Shown: piece by piece, positions 30,914 through 40,667 of the stretch | How the letters are laid out: each line of letters opens with the position of its first letter | Numbering within the stretch: position 1 is the first letter of the stretch | Notes under the pieces: generated by a model | What the model was told of the DNA's origin: nothing | Database searches by the model: none | The model's input: only the letters and a program-made list of their open reading frames with translations | Program-made: the position numbers and the translations under genes | Assembly: GCF_037300705.1 (NCBI RefSeq) | Contig: NZ_CP147776.1 | Coordinates: 5,026,857-5,090,856 of the forward strand | DNA length: 64,000 nucleotides | Direction: 5' to 3' | From: Massilia sp. W12 | GTDB taxonomy: Bacteria; Pseudomonadota; Gammaproteobacteria; Burkholderiales; Burkholderiaceae_D

Positions 30914-33088
30914 TTAATTGCCGCTGTTGAACTTGGTCAACAGATTTTGCAAGGCGGCTTTCTGCTCTGCCGAGCCTTCTTTGCTGATTTTGTTCAAAAA
31001 GGCCGTCATCGACAGGTTTTGCAATTCGCCCGCCGAGCCGCCCAGGGCCGCCAGCAAACTGCGCACATCGTTGAGCATGTCGCGCTCGCCGCTTAAATGG
31101 TCTTTCAAACCCAGTTGCAAGGTTTTGCTCTTTTCAATCGCGCCATCAATGCCTTTACCGAGCGCCAGCGCGTTGACGAAGCGCTCAAAATAGTCGCCTT
31201 CGCCGCCCACGATATCAATCTTGGCGTTGGCCAGCGCTTTACCCAGCAACTCGGCTTGATCTTGCGCCACCGAGATTTGCGCTTCGATGCCTTTGACGAT
31301 TTGCTGATTGCTGGCTTCCAATTGCATGCGGAATTCTTCATGGGCGCGGGTTTCGCTGCTCATGCCGGACATGGCTTCAAATTTTTGCCGCAGACCGACC
31401 GATTCAGCAGCAAAACGGGTTTGGATCACATGCGCCTGCGCATCGCCATGTTTGATCATCGCTGCCGCATCTGCGGTTTTCACGGCGGCTTCGGCCAGGC
31501 CCAATTGTTCATTGCCTTGCGCCTGCGCTTGCAACTTCAGGCGCAGCGCTTCGGCCTCTGCCGCGCCTTGTTTGGCTTTGGCTTCGGCTTCGGCAATCAT
31601 GACCTGGGCTTGCGCCTGGCCAATTTGTTGCGTGCCCTTGGCTTGCGCTTCCATTTGCAGGCGGGATGCTTCTGCCTGCGCAGCGCCTTGCCGCAAAATC
31701 GCTTCCGAGCTGGCGATTTTGACTCTGGCTTCCGCCAGGCCTTCTGCCGCCAATTGTGCTTCGGCTCCTTCGGCTTCGCGTTTTTTGGCTTCGGCGGCTT
31801 TTTCCGCCACCTTCAACTGGGCGTCGGCCAGGGTCAATTCCTGCGCCGCTTTGTGTTTCGCGCTGCGCTCCTCGCCTTCAGCCTCAGTCACCGCCAACAC
31901 CATTTTTTCCTGTCCCTTGGCTTCGGCGGCGATCACCAGCGCTTTTTTATTGCGGTCGGCCTCGGCCACCACCCGCACTTCTTTAATCGCTTCCTCTTGC
32001 TCTGCGACCGTGCGCTCAACCACAATGCGCTCGCGGATCACATCGGCAATCGCTTTTTTCTGAATTTCCACCACTTTTTCTTTTTCAATCACTTGCAGCG
32101 CCACTTCTTTTTCGCGCTCGACGATTTCCAGCTGGCGCGCCCGGATCACACGTTCTTCTTCAATCGCCACCGCCCGTTTGCGATTGTTTTCCGCCACTTC
32201 TTTTTCCCGCGTGGTGTTTTCCTGCTGCACCATCACCTGTTGTTCCGCTTGCAGGCGCGCCAGTTCAGCTTTGGCGTGCTCCTCCGCTTGAATTTTCATG
32301 GTTTCCGCCTGCTCGCGCGCTCTTACTGAGCTGACTTCGCGGTTTTGGCGTGATTCGGCATCCGCTTGCTGGCGCTCCAGTTCCAAAATCGCTTCGCGCG
32401 TTTCGACATCTTTTTTCTTGATCCGCATTTCTTCATCGCGCGTCACTTCATTGGTGCGGATATGCTCGACTGCAGTTAATTCGGTAATCTTTTTAATCCC
32501 CTGGGAATCGAGAATATTGCTCGGATCGAGCTTGTCCAGCGGGGTTTGTTCGAGGTAATCGATGGCCGCATCTTCCAGCACATAACCGGATAAATCGTCA
32601 CCAATCTGGCGGATGATTTCATCGCGGAATTTTTCGCGCGATTGGTATAAATCAATAAAGTCCATGCTTTTGCCCACGCTCTTCAAGGCTTCGGCAAACT
32701 TGGCGGAAAACAGATTTTCCAGCGTGTCTTGATGCGATGCGCGCTCGCAGCCAACCGCCTGCGCCACACGCAACACGTCTTCAGCGGTCTTATTGACTTG
32801 AATGAAGAATGTCACCTTGATGTCGGCGCGGATATTGTCGCGGCAAATCAAGCCATCCTTGCCTTCGCGGTCAATTTCGATGGTCTTGAGCGAAATTTCC
32901 ATGTATTCCGCTTTGTGAATAATCGGGTACACCATGCCGCCGGTGAACGTCACATCGGGCTGGGAACGCAGGGTGTTGATGATCAACGCATGACCTTGCT
33001 GCACCTTGTGATAGAACTTGGCGAACATGGCCAACATACCAAACAAGACCAGGGTTCCAATCCCGGCTGACAACAATAAAATGTCCAT
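30914..33088 (-). CDS. Flotillin-like SPFH/band-7 protein with a very long Ala/Glu/Gln-rich coiled-coil (YqiK/FloT-like).
   Basis: N-terminal TM MDILLLSAGIGTLVLFGMLAMFA then an SPFH core, then hundreds of residues of AEAEAKAKQGAAEAE-type heptads. ORF-track start 33232 trimmed to MDILL (33088). Confidence 0.75.
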   Translation of the reverse strand: MDILLLSAGIGTLVLFGMLAMFAKFYHKVQQGHALIINTLRSQPDVTFTGGMVYPIIHKAEYMEISLKTIEIDREGKDGLICRDNIRADIKVTFFIQVNKTAEDVLRVAQAVGCERASHQDTLENLFSAKFAEALKSVGKSMDFIDLYQSREKFRDEIIRQIGDDLSGYVLEDAAIDYLEQTPLDKLDPSNILDSQGIKKITELTAVEHIRTNEVTRDEEMRIKKKDVETREAILELERQQADAESRQNREVSSVRAREQAETMKIQAEEHAKAELARLQAEQQVMVQQENTTREKEVAENNRKRAVAIEEERVIRARQLEIVEREKEVALQVIEKEKVVEIQKKAIADVIRERIVVERTVAEQEEAIKEVRVVAEADRNKKALVIAAEAKGQEKMVLAVTEAEGEERSAKHKAAQELTLADAQLKVAEKAAEAKKREAEGAEAQLAAEGLAEARVKIASSEAILRQGAAQAEASRLQMEAQAKGTQQIGQAQAQVMIAEAEAKAKQGAAEAEALRLKLQAQAQGNEQLGLAEAAVKTADAAAMIKHGDAQAHVIQTRFAAESVGLRQKFEAMSGMSSETRAHEEFRMQLEASNQQIVKGIEAQISVAQDQAELLGKALANAKIDIVGGEGDYFERFVNALALGKGIDGAIEKSKTLQLGLKDHLSGERDMLNDVRSLLAALGGSAGELQNLSMTAFLNKISKEGSAEQKAALQNLLTKFNSGN

Positions 33089-33155
33089 ATTTTTCCTTCC
33101 TGGCTTTGTTAATCGGTATAACTGATGAACCGCAAGCTTCTCTTGCACAAATGAA

Positions 33156-33827
33156 TTAATTGGAACTGTCTTTATCCAGCGCCGCCACTTCGTAGCGCTG
33201 CTTTGTTTCGTCATAGGACAAAATGACAGCAATGGATTTTTTTCGTAAATGATTGGGGGTTTTTGCCCACACCCGGATATTCAGATTGACTCCCGTATCT
33301 TTGACTTCAGCACGGCCAAACTTTTCATCCACCGACAGCGTGGTGATCATGCAGCTCAAGCCGGTCAGGCTGTGATTGCTGCGCGCATGGTGTTTGACAA
33401 ACAATGGGCGCAGCGGTTTGATGGCCAGCGCAGACAAACGGATCGAACAGGCCGCGCTGAGCAATAAAACCATCGCGCCGGCAAGATAACGCAGCACATC
33501 ACTGCCCAACATCTGCAGCAGATATTTATGAATCAGCGCACTCAGCAACCAGGTGAAAAACACCAGCAGGGTCAGGACGATGGACAAGGGCACGCCGCCC
33601 AGGCCGAGCGCCACCAGATATGAGGCCAGCGAGTGCAAATCCGTGCTTTCGGCATGGGCATCAGTATGCAGATGCACATCAGCTGCGCCATCGCCGCTAT
33701 CGAGTTCCAGGTTGTCCCCCAGATCGACCAAGCCGATGATGGAAAACAACCAGTACACCAGCAAAATCGCCAAAAAGATGCCCGGTATGATGGTGGGAAA
33801 ACTGCCGAGCAATTGCCAGAGCGTCAT
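33156..33827 (-). CDS. YqiJ/NfeD-like inner-membrane protein (partner of flotillin).
   Basis: Several TM helices followed by a C-terminal soluble beta-rich segment (…EKFGRAEVKDTGVNLNIRVWAKT…), resembling the NfeD/YqiJ arrangement upstream of the flotillin gene. Confidence 0.55.
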   Translation of the reverse strand: MTLWQLLGSFPTIIPGIFLAILLVYWLFSIIGLVDLGDNLELDSGDGAADVHLHTDAHAESTDLHSLASYLVALGLGGVPLSIVLTLLVFFTWLLSALIHKYLLQMLGSDVLRYLAGAMVLLLSAACSIRLSALAIKPLRPLFVKHHARSNHSLTGLSCMITTLSVDEKFGRAEVKDTGVNLNIRVWAKTPNHLRKKSIAVILSYDETKQRYEVAALDKDSSN

Positions 33828-33830
33828 CCG

Positions 33831-34199
33831 TCACTCCTCTGTAGTCGTGTGAGACAGGCCCGCACCCAATTTAGCGGGTGCGGGGTGCAGCTCTGCAAAC
33901 GCAATCAAGGCTTGATGCAAAGCTTCTTTGACGGCCCGTTTGTCCGTTAATGTTATGCCAAAGCGCTGCGCCAGCAAAGCATAATCGGCTTCGCTCAAAC
34001 TCACGGTGAGGCGTGGCCGCACCGGTTTGCCAAGGCAGGGCAGATTGAGGATTTTGCGGATTTGATCGGAGGGAGAAAGCTGGTTCTCCCAGGCCGCATA
34101 ACGCACCGCCTCAATCACCTGCATCTCAACGTCGAATGCCACTTGCACCGCGCGTATCGCATCATCCGAGCTGCTCCAGCGTGAAGATGTTTTGACCAT
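33831..34199 (-). CDS. Small hypothetical protein (122 aa), possible RHH-like DNA-binding regulator of the operon.
   Basis: Tightly packed between the PspA-like and YqiJ-like genes (2-4 nt gaps). …RPRLTVSLSEADYALLAQRFGITL… is reminiscent of a CopG/RHH beta-strand + helix. Weak. Confidence 0.4.
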   Translation of the reverse strand: MVKTSSRWSSSDDAIRAVQVAFDVEMQVIEAVRYAAWENQLSPSDQIRKILNLPCLGKPVRPRLTVSLSEADYALLAQRFGITLTDKRAVKEALHQALIAFAELHPAPAKLGAGLSHTTTEE

Positions 34200-34200
34200 C

Positions 34201-34920
34201 TCAATCCACTTTCGCTAAATCCGGCCCGGCTGGCGCAGCTTTCGCCTTCAGTCTGGCCATCACCTCGGCTTTTTTGTCTTGCAATTCGCCGATGCCGGCT
34301 GCCGCCAGTTTGGCATCCAGGGCGCGATCACTCAGTTCGCTATCGAGCTGCGCGCGCGCTTGCATGCGGTCGGCATGATCTTGCTGACGTTGCTTGATAC
34401 GCTCCATGGATTCTTTGGCGTTCAGCAATTTCGAGCCGCTGCTGCCCATGCTGTCCTCAATCATGCTGGTGGCGCGGTACACGCTCTCGGTGGTTTTGGC
34501 CATCGCCAATTGCCGCTCATGCTCGCGCAAACTGGTTTCAGCATTCACAATCAAGCCCTTTAAGCGCTGCAATTGCCCGTCAAAAGATTGGTGTGCGGCG
34601 TTTTCTTCCGCCAGTGCGGTTTCCAGGTTGGCGATTTTATTCGCCACCTCCTCGGCCAGCGCGGCTTCATTTTTCTGCAAAGCTTGCAAAGCCTTGTCTT
34701 CATAGTTGGCGATTTCTTTTTGCAAGCGCTCGATTTCGCGCGCACTTTGCATTTGTTTGGCCATCAGCGCGGTTAAGTCCTGCCTGGCTTTGGCGACATG
34801 CGCCTTGGCCTCGACAATTTCCTGTTCGTAAATGGTGGTGGCGTTTTGATCGACCACGCTTTGTCCCATTTCGCGTAAATCGCCCCGCAGCATCGTCAGA
34901 ATTTTTGAAAAGATAGCCAT
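34201..34920 (-). CDS. PspA/IM30-family protein (YjfJ-like paralog).
   Basis: MAIFSKILTMLRGDLREMGQSVVDQNATTIYEQEIVEAKAHVAKARQDL… is a canonical PspA/IM30 N-terminus with a coiled-coil throughout. Confidence 0.8.
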   Translation of the reverse strand: MAIFSKILTMLRGDLREMGQSVVDQNATTIYEQEIVEAKAHVAKARQDLTALMAKQMQSAREIERLQKEIANYEDKALQALQKNEAALAEEVANKIANLETALAEENAAHQSFDGQLQRLKGLIVNAETSLREHERQLAMAKTTESVYRATSMIEDSMGSSGSKLLNAKESMERIKQRQQDHADRMQARAQLDSELSDRALDAKLAAAGIGELQDKKAEVMARLKAKAAPAGPDLAKVD

Positions 34921-34950
34921 GATATAGCCCTCCTTAATTAGTGCAGATTT

Positions 34951-35403
34951 TTAAACACTCAGTAAATATTCAGCGAACACGTCCAATGCTTCCAAGGCAT
35001 TGTCGGCCAGCATCACCACATCATGCGCCACATCCTCCACCCTGGCGTCTGTCGCCAGGGCGCCGAAAATCACATAATGCTGGCCGATGCGGCCAAAGTG
35101 AGAGAGCGGAATCGCCACATTCAAATCCAGCATCGCCTCGTGCATTTCACTGCGCCGCGCAGGATTGATTTCAGCTTCGCGCCACAGATAGCAAATGCAC
35201 AAAATCTGGCTTGGCGACACCGTGACAAAAACCGGTAATTCTTCACGGTTTTCAATGCTGATGCGCAACACCGGGACGGTTTGCGCATCAGCGGCGGGCA
35301 ACTTGGAGACAGAAAACGACGTTGCGCCTAATCGTTGGCCCAGGGCCTGTTCCAAACCGGATAGCTGCCCGGAAGCTTGGCCCGGTTCATTCATTTCAAC
35401 CAT
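34951..35403 (-). CDS. YjfI-like (DUF2170-type) protein, first gene of the operon.
   Basis: 150 aa and acidic, immediately upstream of the PspA-family gene as in enterobacterial yjfI-yjfJ. Confidence 0.5.
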   Translation of the reverse strand: MVEMNEPGQASGQLSGLEQALGQRLGATSFSVSKLPAADAQTVPVLRISIENREELPVFVTVSPSQILCICYLWREAEINPARRSEMHEAMLDLNVAIPLSHFGRIGQHYVIFGALATDARVEDVAHDVVMLADNALEALDVFAEYLLSV

Positions 35404-35439
35404 TTTTCCCCTCGTCTAGTTGTGGATCTGTCGTTTGCG

Positions 35440-35490
35440 GTACGACATAATATGTCAAAGTGTAGCGCAATGACATAATATGTCAAGAAA
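35440..35490 (-). promoter_or_regulatory. Putative sigma70 promoter (TTGACA -35, TACACT -10) with two copies of a 13-bp near-palindromic operator GACATATTATGTC (minus-strand reading) overlapping the -35 box and the start region.
   Basis: The minus-strand reading is cTTGACATATTATGTCattgcgcTACACTtTGACATATTATGTCgtac. It lies 40-90 bp upstream of the yjfI-like start. Confidence 0.5.
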
Positions 35491-35597
35491 TTTCTGGAAG
35501 GGAACTCGGAGCGGGTCTGGCGCACTGGCCGGGCCGGGGCGCGGCGAAGAAGCGGCGGCGCGACGGCGATGCAGGCGGAAGGGGTTTGCAAGACGGC

Positions 35598-35697
35598 TGA
35601 GCGCCGCAATGAGGTCTGGCTTAATCCGCCATCAAAGCTGGACCAGCGCATGGTTGCTTAATCGATTTTTTGCGACAACTACCTTGACACGCTCCGG
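35598..35697 (+). mobile_element. About 100-bp remnant of the left end (with terminal IR) of the IS3-family element, in inverted orientation, abutting a truncated CRISPR repeat.
   Basis: 35607-35697 is the reverse complement of 38135-38230 / 39018-39110 (…gcgacaactaccttgacacgctccgg). It is followed at 35698 by gaaactataac, the rc of repeat positions 1-11. Confidence 0.8.
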
Positions 35698-36764
35698 GAA
35701 ACTATAACAACTCAACCGCAGGAACCCCCTCTGCAAGCATTATAGCTTTCCGGGGTGAGAGAGGAAACTATAACCGCCACACCGTGTACTGATCAGCAAA
35801 CTCAATTATAGCTTTCCGGGGTGAGAGAGGAAACTATAACATTTAATGATGCCGGAAAACCTGCCGAAAAATTATAGCTTTCCGGGGTGAGAGAGGAAAC
35901 TATAACCGTCGCCAAAGTGGAAGCGCAAGAAATTGGATTATAGCTTTCCGGGGTGAGAGAGGAAACTATAACATGAGCGAAAGCGGAATCGTCTCCGTTC
36001 TCATTATAGCTTTCCGGGGTGAGAGAGGAAACTATAACAATTTGACGGGCAATTTCCTCCTCCGCAAGATTATAGCTTTCCGGGGTGAGAGAGGAAACTA
36101 TAACTTTCCATGCCTAAAGCCTGAGTCAAGCTGTATTATAGCTTTCCGGGGTGAGAGAGGAAACTATAACTGGTGCGGTAGCAATTATTTTGTTGATAAT
36201 ATTATAGCTTTCCGGGGTGAGAGAGGAAACTATAACCGTCAAGATGTCGCTCAGCGCAGTCGAGCTATTATAGCTTTCCGGGGTGAGAGAGGAAACTATA
36301 ACCCTCGCCGCGCGCCTGTATGCGATGGTGGAATTATAGCTTTCCGGGGTGAGAGAGGAAACTATAACCATCGCCGCGCTGTCCTCGACTCGGTTGCGAT
36401 TATAGCTTTCCGGGGTGAGAGAGGAAACTATAACTGTTTTTGCGTTTTGTTTTGCATATTGTTTATTATAGCTTTCCGGGGTGAGAGAGGAAACTATAAC
36501 TTCCTCTTCTTCTTTGACTTGTGATATTGTATTATAGCTTTCCGGGGTGAGAGAGGAAACTATAACGCGCTTGGCGCTGGCCGTGCGCGGCTCCACATTA
36601 TAGCTTTCCGGGGTGAGAGAGGAAACTATAACCTGTCATGCGGCGGCCTGCGGCTTGTATGCATTATAGCTTTCCGGGGTGAGAGAGGAAACTATAACCC
36701 CGATGCCGCAAGCGAGCCGTCCCCACGGATTATAGCTTTCCGGGGTGAGAGAGGAAACTATAAC
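35698..36764 (-). CRISPR. CRISPR array 1: 16 full 36-bp repeats plus one 11-nt repeat stub, about 30-bp spacers, type II-C repeat. It is inverted relative to array 2, so crRNA sense is the minus strand.
   Basis: Repeat ATTATAGCTTTCCGGGGTGAGAGAGGAAACTATAAC (plus-strand reading) at 35739, 35805, … 36729 with a 66-bp period. The 16 spacers are all different. Confidence 0.95.
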
Positions 36765-38134
36765 CCATTCCATTACACACAACTCAGTCTTGCAATGCGC
36801 CCATCTCGCGTAGAGTCCTGATTGTCTGAGCCGAAACTTGAACATCCTGTAGACCTCGCCAGATTGTTTTCACGCCAGGCTCCCCGTCATGTTTTCGTGC
36901 GAGAAAACCGCCGACACGGGCTACCATGCGCAACACCTCGTTCAAGCCCGGCATAGCGGGCGCCTTCTTTTTATTGAGCAGATAAGCCGCTCGGATTTCG
37001 TCGGGATCGAAGAACAAAGTGGCGTCGAGATCCGGACAGGTACGTCCCTTACGCATCAGGTACGCGATACGCCAGGCCACCACCATAAACAGCGCCAGCG
37101 CCCGCTCCAGCCGGGCCATGGTGGACAGTTGCAGTTCTTCGACTTCACAGCCATTCTTGAGCACATTGAAAAAGATCTCAATTTCCCAGCGCGCGCGATA
37201 CCAGTCGATCAGTTCGCTGGCGTCGGCCAAGGTTTCCGCGCGGCGGTTGGTCAGCAAGCGCCATTCCACCGGTTTGATGCCCGTCGGCGGCTGCACTTCG
37301 GATGCTACGATGCAGGTCGCCTCGATCTTGCCGCGCTTGCCATCACGCAGCAGAACGCGCTTGGCCCACACCTGCTGACGTACCTGGCGCGCCCTTTGCT
37401 TGCCGCGCCCGGCCATGATGAAGCTGATCTCGCCCAGCGGCATACCGGCCGTGGTTTCAGGCCACAGGCGTTTGCTTTCGCCGTCAGCCAGACAGCGATC
37501 ATGCTTGGCGCGCACCAGCCAATCGGCAGGCGTGCCCAATTCGGCTGCGCGCCGCAGCATTCCCATCATGTCCGCTTCGCGGTCAGCCACATACACCAGA
37601 CGGGTATTGGGCAACTGGGTCGCCTGCTCGGCGACCCGCTCGTAGCCCTCTATCCAGCGTTCACTCTCTTTTACGCTGGCGGGGCGCTTGCCGTCAGCGC
37701 CACGCTCTTCACGCGCCCACATCCAGCCATCGAGCAGGCCCAGCGGCTCACGCTCTGGCGACACCGCGTAGGTCGGATGCACATACATGCCGCGCCGCGC
37801 TTCGTAGTTGAGCGGGCCGAGGCCGTCGATGTTTTGGCCGCTGAAGTCCAGTTCGGTGGTGTCCTGAATGCACAGAATAACCTTCTGCGTCGCCATGCGT
37901 TCCATGGTGCGCGCCCAATGTGGCGCCAGAATGCCATCCCATGTCACCTCCGGATTGGCCATAAAGCGGTAGGCCGCTTGCGTCTCCGTCCAGTTGTCGC
38001 ATGCTTCGGGAATGCTGGCCTTCGGTTTGGTCGCGAATGTTTCCATCAATTTTCTCGCCCTGTTGTTAAGGCGGGCATCGCCAAGATCGAGTCCGCCAAA
38101 CTCATCGTCGGTCCAACTCTGTGCTGCTTGCTTT
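36765..38134 (-). mobile_element. IS4-family (Tn5/IS50-like) element, 5'-truncated by the IS3 insertion. Transposase CDS 36784-38134; the ORF-track N-terminus to 38289 is read-through into the IS3 end.
   Basis: The transposase reads …LGDARLNNRARKLMETFATKPKASIPEACDNWTETQAAYRFMANPEV… (parallels the Tn5 Tnp N-terminus) and …YRARWEIEIFFNVLKNGC… (the YREK signature of the IS4 family). The first ~50 codons of ORF 36784..38289 are identical to the IS3 end sequence. Confidence 0.75.
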
Positions 38135-39017
38135 CCGGAGCGTGTCAAGGTAGTTGTCGCAAAAAATCGATTAAGCAACCATGCGCTGGTCCAGCTTTGA
38201 TGGCGGATTAAGCCAGACCTCATTGGGCGCCAGCCAGGGCCGTGTATGACGCTTCCAGCGCAGCGGATGGCGTTGCCGGGCTTCGGCATAAACGTCGCGT
38301 CGGCGCTCCAGGATCACATTGGCGGCGCCCGTATGGCGCTGCTCCGGCGTCACATAGGCCAAGGCGCTGTGCAAATGGGTGCAGTTGTACCAAGTCACAA
38401 ATTGCAGTGTCCAATCCCGAGCCTGCGCGATGCTCTCAAAGCCTTTGGCTGGATAGCTGGGCGCATATTTACAGGTGCGGAACCACGCTTCGATATGGGC
38501 ATTGTCATCGGAGACGCCAGGCCGGCTATGCGAGGAGCCGATGCCCAGCATTTCCAACTTGCTCTTGAGCGTGTGCGAAGTTTGCGCAGCACCGTTATCG
38601 GCATGCAGCACCAATGGCGTGCAGCGGCGCTGTTCACGCCAGCAGGCGCGCTCAATCAGTAAAGCAGCTTCCTCACCATTTTCCCGCTCGTGGACTTCCC
38701 ATGCGACCAGTTTGCGGCTGTAAATATCGAGCACGGCATACAGATAAAAATACTGGCCGCGCACCCGGCTGGGCAGGTACGTCACGTCCCAGCTCCAGAC
38801 CTGGTTGGGGCCATGGGCGACATGGCGCACCGGCTCGCTGGCCACAGGAGCCTTGCTGCGACCCCGGTGATGCTGCTGGTCGGCGCTTCTCAGCACACGA
38901 TAGAACGACGATTCCGATGCCACATACGCTCCCTCGTCGGCCAGCCGCGGCACGATCTGCGCTGGCGGCAAATCGGCAAAGCGCGGTTCATGACACAGTT
39001 GCAGGATGCGCTGACGT
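38135..39017 (-). mobile_element. IS3-family copy C, left part. It carries the orfB C-terminal 266 codons (38171-38971) and the left IR. Copy C is split by insertion of copy B, and its right part is 40668-41433.
   Basis: 38135-39017 is identical or near-identical to 39018-39900 of copy B. ORF 38171..38971 equals residues ~84-349 of the copy-B OrfB. Confidence 0.85.
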
Positions 39018-40667
39018 TCCGGAGCGTGTCAAGGTAGTTGTCGCAAAAAATCGATTAAGCAACCATGCGCTGGTCCAGCTTTGATGGCGGATTAAGCCAG
39101 ACCTCATTGGGCGCCAGCCAGGGCCGTGTATGACGCTTCCAGCGCAGCGGATGGCGTTGCCGGGCTTCGGCATAAACGTCGCGTCGGCGCTCCAGGATCG
39201 CATTGGCGGCGCCCGTATGGCGCTGCTCCGGCGTCACATAGGCCAAGGCGCTGTGCAAATGGGTGCAGTTGTACCAAGTCACAAATTGCAGTGTCCAATC
39301 CCGAGCCTGCGCGATGCTCTCAAAGCCTTTGGCTGGATAGCTGGGCGCATATTTACAGGTGCGGAACCACGCTTCGATATGGGCATTGTCATCGGAGACG
39401 CCAGGCCGGCTATGCGAGGAGCCGATGCCCAGCATTTCCAACTTGCTCTTGAGCGTGTGCGAAGTTTGCGCAGCACCGTTATCGGCATGCAGCACCAATG
39501 GCGTGCAGCGGCGCTGTTCACGCCAGCAGGCGCGCTCAATCAGTAAAGCAGCTTCCTCACCATTTTCCCGCTCGTGGACTTCCCATGCGACCAGTTTGCG
39601 GCTGTAAATATCGAGCACGGCATACAGATAAAAATACTGGCCGCGCACCCGGCTGGGCAGGTACGTCACGTCCCAGCTCCAGACCTGGTTGGGGCCATGG
39701 GCGACATGGCGCACCGGCTCGCTGGCCACAGGAGCCTTGCTGCGACCCCGGTGATGCTGCTGGTCGGCGCTTCTCAGCACACGATAGAACGACGATTCCG
39801 ATGCCACATACGCTCCCTCGTCGGCCAGCCGCGGCACGATCTGCGCTGGCGGCAAATCGGCAAAGCGCGGTTCATGACACAGTTGCAGGATGCGCTGACG
39901 TTCTTCATCAGACAGTTTGTGCGCAGGCGCTGGCCGCTCTGCCTCCGGTCGGCCGTCAGGACGAATTTCACCGTCACAACGCCAACGTTCCAAGGTGCGC
40001 ACGCTTAGACCGAGTTCGGCGCATGCCAATGCTAAACGCGCACCAGCCTTCCGGGCCTGCAGAATATCGGCGATCATTTCAAGGCGCTGGGGCAACGCAG
40101 TCATGCGTCCTCGCCGTCGATCCCCAGCGCCTCGTACTTTCGGGACAGAACCAGCAAGGCCGCTGTTTCCGCCAGCGCTTTTTCTTTACGCCGCAAATCC
40201 TTTTCCAGCTCCTTGATGCGCTTTTTGTCTTTGGCCCGGGCTGCAGCATCGGCTTGACTGCTCTGGCTGCTAAGCGCAGCGTGCATTTCTGTGCGCCAGC
40301 GCTCCAGTTGCGCTACCAGCAAGCCTTTACGGCGGCAATACTCAGCCAGCTCTGCTTCGTTCAGCGGCGCCGCTTCCAGTACTGCAGCAAATTTGTCCGC
40401 AGCACGCCATTGCTCGGGGTTTTGTCCGTCGCCAGGCACAACACGACCGGCTTCACGGGCCTGCTTCCGCCACAGGTAAAGCGTAGCCTCTGGCACGCCG
40501 CTTATCTCAGCGACCTCGGCCACAGACTTGTTTTGTGGTGCGCTCATCAGCTTGAGCACATGTTCTTTCTTCTCTTGTGTGTATTTCATTATCGTCTGTT
40601 CCATCGCCCCCGGGATGGATTAGAACTCCAAATCACTGGAGGCGACAACTATTTTGACACGGGGGGG
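39018..40667 (-). mobile_element. IS3-family insertion sequence, copy B (complete, about 1.65 kb). Its orfA is 40101-40589 and its orfB (DDE integrase-type) is 39055-40104. Imperfect terminal IRs (cgtgtcaaGGtagttgtcgc / cgtgtcaaAAtagttgtcgc) and a flanking TT/TTC duplication.
   Basis: OrfA MKYTQEKKEHVLKLM…GVPEATLYLWRKQ (HTH) has an ATGA overlap with OrfB (…HADNGAAQTSH…DNAHIEAWFRT…, rve/DDE). The flanks are gacgTTC[IS]TTCttcatcagac, where the uninterrupted sequence is gacgttcttcatcagac. Confidence 0.85.

Noticed and set aside
31097-32329. 410-aa plus-strand ORF rich in Phe/Leu/Arg/Gly opposite the flotillin gene
   Set aside because: It is the antisense of the GCN-rich Ala/Glu coiled-coil codons. 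It is low-complexity with no start context, and the flotillin gene on the minus strand is strongly supported.
36784-38289. Full 501-aa reading of the IS4-family transposase ORF
   Set aside because: Its first ~50 codons are the terminal sequence of the IS3 element read in frame. The same peptide recurs at 38988..39203 and 35480..35707. The true transposase is 5'-truncated at 38134.
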